In this document: positions 42,491 to 56,111 of the stretch, in pieces
Layout of the letters: the number at the start of each line of letters is the position of its first letter
Numbering within the stretch: the first letter of the stretch is position 1
NCBI GenBank assembly: GCA_951406725.2
Contig: OX597816.1
Location: 119,226,001 to 119,290,000, forward strand
Length of the DNA stretch: 64,000 bases
From: Octopus vulgaris
Taxonomy: Eukaryota
Reading direction: 5' to 3'
The notes under the pieces: model-generated
The model's database searches: none
The model's input: the letters and a program-made list of their open reading frames with translations, nothing else
What the model was told of the DNA's origin: nothing
Made by a program: the position numbers and the translations under genes

Positions 42491-42689
42491 GTCTCTCTCA
42501 CGGACTCACTTGAAACTGCCGCCTTATCTTCATCATCATTATCACCAGGATATTATATGGATATTACAATGAGAGAAATTCAACAGTATATGCCATAGAC
42601 TTTATAAGTCTGCGCATACGAAGATTACTGCCATTTTACTGACATGTAAATAACGTAAATTGGGGTGTATGAGTGTGCGTGCGTGTGTA

Positions 42690-42739
<50 letters not shown>

Positions 42740-43306
42740 CGTGTGTGTGTGTGTGCGGGCGCGCGTTTCTGAATGTGTGCGAGTAAGGAATCCGCACCCA
42801 TACACGCATACAAACACATGTGTTTGGATGTATATTTATCTATGTTCTTTCTTTCCATATTACAAATATATATCATTGTGCATATATTTCTTGAATATAT
42901 TATATGCAACTGAAAGAAGCCATATAGCTAGAACAGAATTCTATGTGTGTGTGTGTGTGTAAATCGTTGTCGTATATTTATATGAAAATGCAAAAAAAAA
43001 TACATTCGTTCATTATTTATGTATAATAGATATAAGATGCGTAACGTATATACATATACTAATACATAAATATGACCGTATATACATACAGCCATATAGC
43101 CACCATCTATATCCACACACACACTCATATATGACACATGTGGGTGTATGTATGAATGTACAAACACCTACACACACACACACATATATATATATTTACA
43201 CACATATTTATATGTATATAGAACATGTATATATATATAAATATATGAATATGTATGCATAAATGTGTGTGTGTGTATAACTATTACATGGGTATAATAT
43301 ATATAT

Positions 43307-43357
<51 letters not shown>

Positions 43358-44632
43358 TACCCACAGAATAATTATAGACGCTATATGTACATGAGTGTGT
43401 TTGTGTGTGTTTGTGTGTATGTCTATGATTGAGCGTGTGTATACGGCTACAAACACATGCCCCCCGTCAATCAGCGAACAAGTGCCTGTTCCATGAGCGT
43501 AAATAAAATACCTAACGCCATATACTCTTTTTCAAATGGCTTGAAACCTTCACTGGTTCTATCCCCAAGGTAGTCATGCTATCTCACTGTTAATGGGGCC
43601 ATTAATGCCTTATCTTTCCAGTTAATAGCTTCTACCCTTCACCAAACACCCCTTCCCTAAACGCACATACACTATTGCACACCCCGTCTCCTGCAGCAAC
43701 CTCTCCTTATATATTATATATCTATGTCTTTTAACAACTTTCTGATCTATGTACGTAGATATATATATATATAGAGAGAGAGAGAGATAAATATATGTAT
43801 ATATATATGTATATATGTATATATATATACATATACAGCGCATACACAAATGCACATATTCATACATACGTATGTGTATATATTTATGTGAGTATATAAA
43901 ATCAATATATATAATATATATCTCCCTGTATACCTATACCTCTTGCTGCTGCCTTGTTGCACCGCCACACTCCACATAATGGCTGCCATGTTATCCATAC
44001 CATCTATGTCTTTATCTATATTATATATTAAAGTTATTGCTATTATTGCTCATACTATTGCTGTTGTGCTTTTTGTTGCTATTACTACTAAAGAGCAAAG
44101 TGCATTTAACCCATTTTTTAAAGGGTTTTTTGTTGTTGTCGTTGTATATTAATCTCTTAAATACTTATTCTATGGTTGTAGTGTTAGTGGTGGTAGTGGT
44201 GTTGGTGGCCGTTATTGTCAATGTTGATGTCTTTCAAATCATTACCTCAAACACTTTATAACTTTCTATTTTTCACTTTTATCTTTTTGTCGTCCATCTT
44301 CTTGCTTTCATTATTGTTGTTGTTCTTCTTCTTCTTGTTCTGTTTCTGTAATCATTATTGCAGACGGTAACTGACAGAATCGACAAAGCATTAGGGAAAA
44401 ATTAAGTGTTGTAGCATACAGTTTAGCCAATTTTACGTTCTGATTTCGAATTACGCTGAAGTCGACTTCGTCTTTCATTTTTTTCGAAGTCGATAAAATA
44501 AAGTACTTGACTGGTACTGAGAATGTACTCAATTTAATCGACTATAATTTTCCCATGAAATATGTAGCCTGAGGTAGATGGGCTTCGATTTTACTTGACT
44601 AGTTTATATCCTTTCACACCATTTCGCTTTCT

Positions 44633-44722
44633 CCATCTGAGGAATTGTGATTCATTAAAATTTCTTTTTTAATTCCAAAATATTCGACAGGACATTGATA
44701 TCGTTACAGACACCGGTAAAGG
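44633..44722 (+). ncRNA. Degenerate hammerhead motif
   Basis: ccat-CTGAGGA-at-tgtga...ttaca-GACA-CCGG-TA-aagg. GAAA is mutated to GACA; palindromic ACCGGT stem III. Confidence 0.4.
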
Positions 44723-45716
44723 ACTATTGAGCTGGTGTGAGGAATTTTTTCGAGAAGCGGGCCGCATGAGACATGGCTCATCATCATGTAGGCTGCACTA
44801 CTGAAAAAAAAATATCCAGGCTAATTTAATTCGAGGCAATTTAACGGCGTGCAATTCAGAAAGTACTGCGGGCTACATGCAGCCCACGACTCGTAGTTAG
44901 CCCATGACCGATGTCGAGCGAGACTTTGAGGACTAAACAAAAACCATTAAATTAGAATGGTTTCTAAATATTTTAAGGCGTCTAACACCATGATGAAGAA
45001 AGCGAGGAGGAGGAGAAAGAGGAGGAGGAGGAGGAGTCAATCTCAGTGCTTATCTGGTACTTTATTTTTATCGACATGGAAAAGATAAAAGGTAACCCCA
45101 GAGCTGGAGAGATTTGAGCACAGACCTTAGAGAACCAAATACTGCATATCAGTAAATCACACTTATAATAAGTCTGTGAAGGAACTTCAACTGGATGACT
45201 CGACACGCTAGAAATATCAGTCAAATAACCATCCATTCATATCCTAGCTATATCTGTTATTTTAGGAAATTCGAACTGTGACAATCCCATTATATTTTCC
45301 CATGTGCAGAAAATTAAGACTTCATTATCTAATACTTCCTTTGCTAAGACGGTGGCAAGTGATATAAGATTTGGTTTCTATTTCTAACAGGTTGTACGGT
45401 CACGTAGTGGTTCCTTCAATGGTTTATATTCTGCTTCTGTTGTTGTTGTTGTGGATGATGATGATTATGATGATGACAATGATGTTATGTTGCGGTTGTT
45501 ATTGTTGTTTTATAGGGTGGTGGTGGTGGTGGTAGTGGTGGTGGTGGTAGTGGTCGTGGCAGTTGAATAGATGAGAATGATAGAGCTGATAGTAATGTTT
45601 TTAGAGGCTGAATATGTTGCTGCCGTTGCTGTTGGTGGCGTTAGTGGTGCTGGGGAGAGGGTGTCGGTGGTGGTAGTTGTAATGTTGATGATGAAAGTAA
45701 AGTCGGTTTTGTTACC

Positions 45717-45921
45717 CTTTTACTTGTTTCAGTCATGTGACTGTGGCCATGCTGGAGCATCGCCTTTAGTCGAGCAAGTCGACCACAGGATTTATTCTTT
45801 GTAAGCCTAGTACTTATTCTATCGGTCTCTTATACCGAACCGCTAAGTTACAGTGACGTAAACACACCAGCATCGGTTGTCAAGCGATGTTGGGGTGACA
45901 AACACAGAGACACAAACATAT

Positions 45922-45967
<46 letters not shown>

Positions 45968-46124
45968 GACGGGCTTCTTTCAATTTCCGTCTATCAAATC
46001 CACTCACAAGGATTTGGTCGGCCCGAGGCTATAGTAGAAGACACTTGCCTAAGGTGCCACGCAGTGGGACTGAACCCAGAACCAGGTGGTTGGTATGCAA
46101 GCTACTTACCACACAGCCACTCCT
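45717..46124 (-). mobile_element. tRNA-derived SINE family B, full-length copy
   Basis: Reverse complement of the 7102-7486 type element, including the internal (TA)/(CA) tract. Confidence 0.85.
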
Positions 46125-46863
46125 GTGGTGGTGGTGTTTTTTATGATGATGACAATGATGGTGGTGGTGGTGGTGGTGGTGGTGGTGGTGGTTATGGTGG
46201 TGATGGTTCTGGTGTTGCTGGTGATCGTGCTGGTGATCGTACGAATATCATAAGCAAGCATATACGGTTATAAAGACATTTCCAAAGAAATACATTCAAA
46301 GACAAAATACAAAAACAAAACAAAATATAAAACAATGAGAAGAAAGGCAATGACAAAAAAAAAAAAGAAAAGAAAGGAAAGAGATGACAGAAATGGAACC
46401 AAATGGAAGCAGGAGAAGTGTAGAAGGAGATACAGGATGGGATGAGGGGGAATCCATACTAACTACTAGAAAAAAATGGAATAAGATAAATGAAATACGA
46501 TTCGCTCATTATGGTAAGTAGAGTAACTACGAACTCCAAAACGACAACAACAATAATGGTAATAATAAATAAATAGATAAATAAATAAATAAATAAGTAG
46601 ATAACTAAATGAATAAATAGATAACACCAATAACTACGATATTGAAAAGATCGAAGGAGAAGAAAGCGAAGAAAAGAAGAAATATTGAAATGCTGGATAA
46701 TGTGGAAGATTGTGGAGAACAAAATGACAACGACAACAACTACAGCAGCAACAGCAACAGCGGCAGCGGCAGCAGCAGCGGCAACAGCAGCAGCAGCAGC
46801 AAGAGGAAATGGTACAAGAAGTGGAAGAAGAAGAAGAGGAAGAAGAAAAACAACAACAACAGC

Positions 46864-46901
<38 letters not shown>

Positions 46902-46921
46902 TAATAATAATAATAATAATA

Positions 46922-46952
<31 letters not shown>

Positions 46953-47064
46953 TGATAGTAATATAAGGGAGATGATAGGGAAAACGGTGTAAGGAATGGT
47001 AATACAGCGTAAGCACCATAAAAAGAACCCAAAAGAGAAGAAATAAAGAAATGCCCCCACACCA

Positions 47065-47135
<71 letters not shown>

Positions 47136-47193
47136 ATATATGCGTATATATGTGTGTGTCTGCATATCCATATATGCATATAAATGTGCGTAT

Positions 47194-47240
<47 letters not shown>

Positions 47241-47265
47241 AACACATATATAAATATATAAATTG

Positions 47266-47296
<31 letters not shown>

Positions 47297-47965
47297 AGTA
47301 TGTATGTATTAATATATACTATATCGTTTCTATATAGATATGTATAGCGAGATAGTATGTGTGTGTGTGTACGCGTGTATGTGTGTGTACGTGTGAAATA
47401 TGCACGCACCTTTTCATTGTATAGCCTTGTTTATTGCTAATTTACCATTACAGTGGATAATTCTTTTAAATTGCCATCGTATATTATAGATGAGCAATGG
47501 GGCGATAGAACCATAAAAGAGATGTTAGGATTGGAACTGCTTATGGGATAATTATGTGTGTATACGTGTATGTGTTCCAGTGTGTGTGTGTATGCGTGTG
47601 CGTGTGTCTATATAGATAAATAGAGGTAGATGGAGAGAATAATAATGAAGGGCACTTTGAAAGAGAATATATATACAAGATGTAAAACGAGATATACCGC
47701 GATATAAATACGTAGATAGAAGGGGAAAGGTTGGGAAGAAGAATTTCTAAGTTGATGCATACATATACACTCACAAACACGTATGTTTGTGTGTGTTTAT
47801 GCGTGTACACACACATACATATTTTTATGTATATGTGTATATTTACATTAATGTTATTCATTTTTATATATGTATACATATGCATAAGTATCTGTGTATA
47901 TATGTATATACAGACGTACATGTATATGTTCATACATGTATGTGTTTGTACCTGTACACATATGT

Positions 47966-48004
<39 letters not shown>

Positions 48005-49130
48005 TACGTTTCTATATATCATGTACATACACATACATATGTATATAAAGACCCCTCCATACACCCAATACACACTTATATACGCTTATATTGGTGAATT
48101 TCCGTCATTCGACAATAAGCATTTTGTCGCTCAACCAGTTGATTTACCAGCTGAGTGGCTGAGTATCTCATAGATTCCCCTATCATTGACGTAAATCTGA
48201 TACGAGACACTCAAAGAACATCCTGGTAGGCCTGAACAGGCCTCAAATCTGCGACAAACCTGCTTATGACGGAAGACAGAGATCAACAGCGATTATAGAC
48301 CGTTAGAGCGTCAAGAGCGGGACCCAAAGATTGACTGAGTTGGTGAGAGAAAGATGACGATGTTGCTTGGCTGCAATGTTCCGCATTGAAGAGAACTGGC
48401 GGAGCCCAAGATGCTCACGACTGGTACAAGAATTGATGTTAGTGTGCAGTGACAGTCTCGACTTCACTATAGTTTCCATTCTCAAGAAAACTAATTGAGC
48501 TGAGATGTCAACAAATACATATCAGTCACGACCTTCCCATTTCAGGATGTTTTCAAGAATAGTATACTCCAGATTCTTCGATTGACCGGCGTCCCATTTA
48601 GGTGAGGAATATGTACGCCATGAAAAACGGCAAAATGGCCCCATGAGTGTATATGACTCGGAAAGGATTTTCATTCATCATCCTATCCTATACTCCTGAC
48701 TGTACTGTCCAATGTGTCTGTTTTCTAATACAGCTGGATGAAGCTTGGGAATGATTTGATTTTTTAACAGATCGAGAGACAACATAGAGTTTCCCCTCAA
48801 TGACACGTTTTGGAATGGAGCGTTGTCATCTATTCCGGCGTGAAATTATGACCAACAGCATTGGTTCCTCAAAAGAAATAACCTTTATGGAGAATTTCTG
48901 CTCATCTTCCATTAGAAACTGGGTACAGACTATGTAAATGAAATATTTCTACCCTGTTTTTAACGATTGGGTAGATTTATCGTATATACAGGACTGCAAT
49001 TTCTAGTGTGCTTTCCTTTTCAAAATGGCTATGGTGTAATAGTTTGGTAAATCTGGCTGCTATTTTTAACAATTTCAATAATCCCCATATATGCTTCCTT
49101 ATTGAAACGAGGCTCCTTCATTCCTTCATA

Positions 49131-49690
49131 CAGGGGTTGGATCAAATAATGGAAACACCTAGCAGCATATCATCATAATTTTGAAATATCTTTAAAACCG
49201 TCAAAAGCTTGTTTATTTTTATGTTTTTTGAATTATTATTTGTGTTGCTTAACATGTTTTGCTGAATTTGCTGTGTCTTTTCAGATATCATCAGAAAAAG
49301 GTAATTAAAATTCATTAAAATGACAGATCTATCGGACTTTCAAAGAAGTCAAATTGTTGGTGCTCGTATGTCAGGCGATAGCGTAACGAAAACACCCGAA
49401 ATGTTTGGTGTATCAAGAAGTACTGTCTCGAAAGTAATGACAGCCTTCGAGAAAGAGGGAAAAATCTCCTCGTCGAAACAAAACTTCGGAAGAAAACGAA
49501 AACTTTCTGATATGACCGTCGGACTCCTACACGAATTGGTAGAAAGGATCACAAAAGTACAGCTCCCAGAATTACTGCAGAGCTTAATGACCACCTCGAG
49601 AACCCAGTTTCCACAAAAACTGTTCACCGGGAGCTGCACCAAACCGGACTTCACGGGAGGGCTACAAACAGAAAACCACTACTTTCAAAA
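49131..49690 (+). mobile_element. Tc1-like transposon 5' fragment
   Basis: TA-CAGGGGTTGGATCAAATAATGGAAACACC terminus. ATG at 49320: MTDLSDFQRSQIVGARMSGDSVTKTPEMFGVSRSTVSKV...GRKRKLS (paired-like HTH with GRPR-like motif), then a frameshift. Confidence 0.85.
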
Positions 49691-50592
49691 TGTAAGCTAC
49701 ATTGTGTATACTGGCTAGAATGGTGGGCTCACGATCGTAAGACTACAGGTTCAATTCTTGGTCCTAGTGGTATGTTGTGTCCTTGAGCAAGGCGCTTTAT
49801 TTCCTATTGCTCTAGTTCCTCAGATGCAAATGAATATCAGCGGACTACTGGAGCGGTTCTTTCTCCCATCAACTGTTACATCAATTTTCCACTAGCTCAA
49901 GGTGACTCTATCTGCTCGGGACTACATAGGCACCTAAAATAATTAACGAAAGCATGGTAGTTGCTACCGGGTCACACTCACCTGGGCCTGGATCTTTATC
50001 TTTTATCTTTTTCTTGTTTCAATCATTGGACTACGGCTATTCTGGAGCATCACGTTGAAAGGTTTTGTCGAACAAATCGCCTCAGCTCTTTCTTTATTCT
50101 AGTGTAATATTTATTTTATTTTTTCTCTTTTACCGAATCGCTAAGTTATGGGATCGTAAACAAACCAACGCCGGTTGTCGAACTTTGGAGGGGACAAACA
50201 CAAACACAAAGACTTACATACATATATACATACATGTATGTATATGTGGGAGTAGATGTGTGTGTGTGTGCGTGTGTGTGTGTGTGCATGTGTACCAAAT
50301 CTACTATCGCGGCTTTGGTCGGCCCGAGGCTGTAGTGGAAGACACTTGCTCAAGGAACCGCGAGGTGGGACTGAATCAGAGCGATTTATACAACTACCAC
50401 AATACATCCACCTTCACTAAGATAGCAACTGTAGCAACAGCAACAACAGCAATAACAATTACGAAACTATCATTTACTACTACCGGTACCACTACCACTA
50501 AACAGCAACAAAACAACTACCATCACCGTCACATCCACAACGACTGCTCCACCCTGTTATCCTCATCGTTCCTCCTCCTCCTCCTCCTCCTC

Positions 50593-50629
<37 letters not shown>

Positions 50630-50791
50630 AATTACTAATCACTACAGTAACTGTCAAATTTATTGTAGTTATATCAGGCTGCCAAATAATACAGAAGACA
50701 AAATACCCGGTTCCACGAAAGATGTGTGTGTGTGCGTGTGTGTGTGTATGTGTGTGTGTGTGTGAGTGTGCGTGTGTGTGTGTGTGCGTGT

Positions 50792-50874
<83 letters not shown>

Positions 50875-51399
50875 CGTGCGTGTGTTATGTTAATAAGTCA
50901 ATTACACATTACTCTGCCGATAATTTTGGGGAAGCACTTTCTCTTTTATATACATTTTTTTAACATTTTTTTCGAACTTGACATCTCAGAATTACAAGAT
51001 ATATCCCACTCATATTTCGAAATTAATTATTTAATTCTCAATTAATAACTCATATCTCATTTAAGCAATCGATAAATTAATGAGTAAATGAATAAATGCA
51101 TGGTGAGAAGTTTGATTGCCAACTACATGGTTCTGTGTTTATGGTACTTTAATGTACCTTATGGAAGTGCATTCTATTATAGCCGCGGACCAACGAATGT
51201 CTATTGATCGAATTTGGTAGATAGAAACTGAAAGAAGCTCGTTGTATATATGCATGCATATATATATATATTCTTTTCTTACGCAACAGGTACTTAATTT
51301 ATCGACCCCGAAAGGATGAAAGGTAAAGTCGACCTCGGCAGAATTTGGATTCAGAACATAAGGACAGACGAAATACCACTAAGCACGCCGTCTTTATAT

Positions 51400-51431
<32 letters not shown>

Positions 51432-51450
51432 GTTTGTATGTATGTATATA

Positions 51451-51500
<50 letters not shown>

Positions 51501-51522
51501 CATACAGACAGACAGACAGATA

Positions 51523-51564
<42 letters not shown>

Positions 51565-51619
51565 ATCCAGCATGGCCACAACCTCAAGGCTGAAACATAT
51601 AAAAGAATAACAGAATATA

Positions 51620-51980
51620 AATGTGTGCAAAGTACAAGAAATATTAATGCAGTATATGGGGATTGGACAATAAGCGTAAGGCAGTGTCAATGGTGGTTCC
51701 AGAAATCCCGAGCCATAAACTACAGCCTAGAAGACGAGCCTCATCCTGAAAGATCTGTAGAACTCGACAAGGACATCCTGAAAACCCTGGTGGAACAAAA
51801 TATCATCGTAACTGTTGAGGAACTAGCAGAGAAGCTTGGATTTGGTCATTCAACCATTCATTGACACCTGTGTGCTATCGGAAAAGTCAGCAAATTGGGT
51901 CAATGGGTTCCTCACGAACTTTCCGAGTCTAATTGCATGCAGAGAGTGAATGTATGCTTTTCTTTGCTGTCATATCTCAC
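51620..51980 (+). mobile_element. Internal fragment of the same mariner family as 11252-12521
   Basis: Near-identical segment ...VTVEELAEKLGFGHSTIH...QWVPHEL. Confidence 0.85.
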
Positions 51981-51999
51981 CACTACTGCGCTATGTATA

Positions 52000-52635
52000 T
52001 CTATATATATAAAACTGTAGTTGTGTGAGTGTCTGTCCCCTTCGATTTAGATTCCTAACTACTCCCACATTTTGCGGTACAGTTTAACCAAATTCGGGTA
52101 GCTTATAGTCGTGATTCATATCGAGCCCGTCTGAATATTAGCGCGCGTCTATGATGAGTCTACGATTTTAAAAATAATTTAACATCATTTTTTATTCCAT
52201 TTTAATGCATAATTTTTCGTGTGTCGATGGCGGCGGAGTTGGCGTCCACGCTCACACCTGCACCTGTGGGGAAGGGAGTGTAAGGAAATCAACGTCGTAA
52301 TGCGTTGTCAAGGAGACCAGTGTTCTTTTAGAACAACGACTTCATGGCTTGAAGACACCAAAACAGAAATGGCTAAGAAAGCGTCTACATGAGTCTACGA
52401 TTTAAAAAAAAATTTACCATCGTTTTTTTTTCCATTTTAATGCATTTTTTCGCTATTATATAAGGGAAGTAACTCTCTAAAAATGTCTACGATGAGTCAA
52501 CGATTTAAAAAAAAAATTACCATCATATTTTTTCCATTTTTAATGCATTTTTTGCTATTTTTTGCTATAACTCTCTAAAGATGCTTATATAGTTATTTCC
52601 CTTACAAACCCGAGCAACGCCGGGCGATACTGCTA

Positions 52636-52636
<1 letters not shown>
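52000..52636 (+). mobile_element. Non-autonomous Helitron
   Basis: Begins a|TCTATATATATAAA and ends CTAG|t. GC hairpin cccgagc-aac-gccggg at 52609-52624, 8 nt before CTAG. Three internal ~55-bp repeats (gagtctacgatttt...taatgcat). Confidence 0.85.
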
Positions 52637-52720
<84 letters not shown>

Positions 52721-52919
52721 TTTATACTTTTAGTTGTTTCAGTCATTTGACTGCAGTCATGCTGGAGTACTGCCTCAAAGGGTTTTTTTAGTCGAAGAAG
52801 TCAACCCCTTTGTAAGCCTAGTACCTATTCTATCGGTCTTTTGCTGAACGGCTAAGTTACAAGGACGTAAACAGACCAAGTGATGGTGGGGAGACAAACA
52901 CAAACACACAAACATATAC

Positions 52920-52987
<68 letters not shown>

Positions 52988-52990
52988 ATA

Positions 52991-53957
52991 TTAGGGAGTA
53001 AATCCAAACTTACAGGAAAAATTAGATTCAGGATTAAATCAAATTTCACAGTATAAATATAAATTAAATTAGAAATAAAACCACTATTAGGCAAATCAAA
53101 CAGTAAAAAACATAAACCAAAACATAAATATAAATATAATTAATATAATATACAAAAAATATAAAATATAAAATTTAAAATTAAATTATTTAAATTTAAA
53201 ATTTTTAATTTATATTTATAAATTTTTATATATTTTTTAATTTTAAATTTTTTAATTTTTAAACTTTTAATTTTTTAATATTTATATTTATTTATTTATA
53301 TATATATTTTTTTTTATTATATTATATTATATTAATTATATTAAACTTTTTATTACCTTTTGATAGTTATATATATATATATAATCAAACTGAAAAACAT
53401 AAACCAAAACATAAATATAAATATAATTAATATAATATACAAAAAATATAAAATATAAAATTTAAAATTAAATTATTTAAATTTAAAATTTTTAATTTAT
53501 ATTTATGAATTTTTATATATTTTTTAAATTTTAAATTTATAAATTTTTATACTTTTAATTTTTTAATATTTATATTTATTTATTTATTTATATATATATA
53601 TTTTTATTATATTATATTATATTACTTATATTAAACTTTTTAGTACCTTTTGATAGTTATATATATATATAAAATAAATAAATATATATATAAATAAATA
53701 AATATACAAATAAATAAATAAATATAAATATAAAAAAATTAAAAGTTTAAAAATATATAAATTTTAAATTTTAAAAAATATATAAGAAAATATATAAAAA
53801 TTCATAAATATAAATAAAAATTTTGAATTTAAATAATTTAATTTTAAATTTTATATTTTATATTTTTTGTATATTATATTAATTATATTTATTTTTATGT
53901 TTTGGTTTATGTTTTTCACTGTCTGATTTGCCTAATAGTGGTTTTATCTGTAATTCA

Positions 53958-53960
<3 letters not shown>
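52991..53960. repeat. Extremely AT-rich tandem-plus-inverted duplication attached to a PLE-like end
   Basis: ~289-bp unit repeated directly (53094-53382, 53383-53670), then inverted (about 53671-53947). Both ends lie in (TA)n. Confidence 0.8.
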
Positions 53961-54012
<52 letters not shown>

Positions 54013-54032
54013 TGTATATATGTGTGTGTGTG

Positions 54033-54064
<32 letters not shown>

Positions 54065-54646
54065 TGTATGTATGTATGTATGTATGTATGTATGCATGCA
54101 TGTATATTGGAGTATGTATATCTTTATGTTTGTGCATGTCGCCCACTACTGCTTCACAACCGGTCTTTGCTTGTTTATATTCCTGCAACATTAGCGGTTT
54201 AGCCAAATATGTCCAAGAGAATATGTAGTACCAGGTTTCAAAAAAAATTTTTTATTAAAGAAAGTTTTGGGGGTCAAGCAAACTGTTCGACAATACCCTT
54301 CAAAGTGCTACCCCAGTATGGCCATAGCCCAATGACTGATACAAGTAAAAAATTTTTAAAAAAATTAGATAAATAAATAAATAAGAAAAGAAAGAAAAGG
54401 TCAGAAGGGTCAGGGTTTCTATGTAGCTATTCGTCTTGTATGTCACTAACTACCAGCCCAATCTACCTAGAATTACAGAGAGGATACGCTGTGCAAAAGG
54501 GAGGGAAAATGGTCACGGGTAGAACAATTTGGATCAATATGGCTTCTTAGTTTAGGTTTCACATGAGGCTAAATGACCAAAATATAAAACGTAACAAGAA
54601 AACTAAACCAATTCTATACCAGTTCCATTTCTAAGAACTTTGGATA

Positions 54647-54682
<36 letters not shown>

Positions 54683-54891
54683 CTTAGTAGTAGTAGTAGT
54701 GGTGGTAGTGGTGGTGGTCGTCGACGTCATGGTTTTGTTAACCGTTATCGTCTTCATCGGTATCATTGTCAACGCCAGGACACCCTGCTAAATGTTTATT
54801 TGGTAACTAACGTGTGTGTATGTTTGTGTGTGTGTTTATGTTGTGTCTGTGTCCGTGTGTGTGTGTTTGTGTGTTTGTGTGTTTGTGTGTG

Positions 54892-54924
<33 letters not shown>

Positions 54925-55298
54925 TCTGTGTGCTTGCATGCTTGTGCCCGTTGTGTGTCTGTCTGTGTGTGTAAAGTGATGTGAGTGATTGTGAGCATGT
55001 GCGTGTGTTACGTATTTGTGTGATTTTTGCGAGCTCCAAAGGTAGAATACATATGTGAGGTGAATAACCTGCCGGTGTTGATTCTGTCGTTAGTGTTTTG
55101 TGAACGTTATGTGTCTATCAGGTTGTCTGTACTTTTTCAAGATTTTAAAAATTATTTTATCAGAATTCAAGGTGTTCACTAACCAAGAAACGAGGCTCTT
55201 TCTATCAATTAAAACTGGTTTCTATCAATTAAGCTGATTTGTTATATATATACAAATTGAGGAAATGGACCAGGTAAAATCCATACCTGGATTTTACC

Positions 55299-55439
55299 TA
55301 CATTATTTACATTTGACGGATATTTGTCCTCATCTTGTTTGTTGTTAACACAACGTTTCGGCTGATCTGCCCTCCAGCCTTTATCATGTGTCTTGGGAAA
55401 ATTTCGAACCTGGGTTCTCATCCCTAAGGTATTTTTCGA

Positions 55440-55475
<36 letters not shown>

Positions 55476-55494
55476 GATAATAATAATAATGATG

Positions 55495-55579
<85 letters not shown>

Positions 55580-55731
55580 TGATAATAATATCGAAAAATA
55601 CCTTAGGAATGAGAACCAAGGTTCAAACTTTCCCCAAGACACCTGATGAAGGCTGGAGGGTATATCAGCCGAAACGTTGTGTTAACAACAAACAAGATGA
55701 GGACAAATAACCATCAAATGTAAATAATGTA
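55299..55731. repeat. Head-to-head palindrome of a PLE-like HHR cassette with an (ATT)n/(AAT)n centre
   Basis: ~143-bp arms with about 11 mismatches. The microsatellite flips strand at about 55475. Confidence 0.92.
55638..55683 (+). ncRNA. Minimal type-I hammerhead ribozyme (dimer type)
   Basis: gacac-CTGATGA-a-ggctg-(gagggtatat)-cagcc-GAAA-CG-TT-gtgtt. All three stems are consistent; palindromic ACGT stem III; GUU triplet. Confidence 0.78.
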
Positions 55732-55780
55732 CATAATTCCTCATCTCTTAAATATGTGTGTTTATGTTGTGTCTGTGTCC

Positions 55781-55849
<69 letters not shown>

Positions 55850-56079
55850 TCTGTTCGCATACATAGTAACCCTAGTTGCTCACCATGAACTATAAAATAA
55901 CTTTTTTCAGCTTATCGAACTTCGATGTGGGAAAACTTTACAACCTTCTACGCCAATGAACTACTATTGTTCCTGAAAGTTGTTTTTTTTTTCTACCTTC
56001 TACAGACTACTCGGAACTTACTTATCGTTATGTGTGTGTGTAGATATAAATGTACACATACACACACACACACACACAT

Positions 56080-56111
<32 letters not shown>

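Noticed and set aside
46642-46992. 116-aa S/N/K-rich ORF with GC-rich (CAG)n
   Set aside because: Compound trinucleotide microsatellite without splice or homology evidence.
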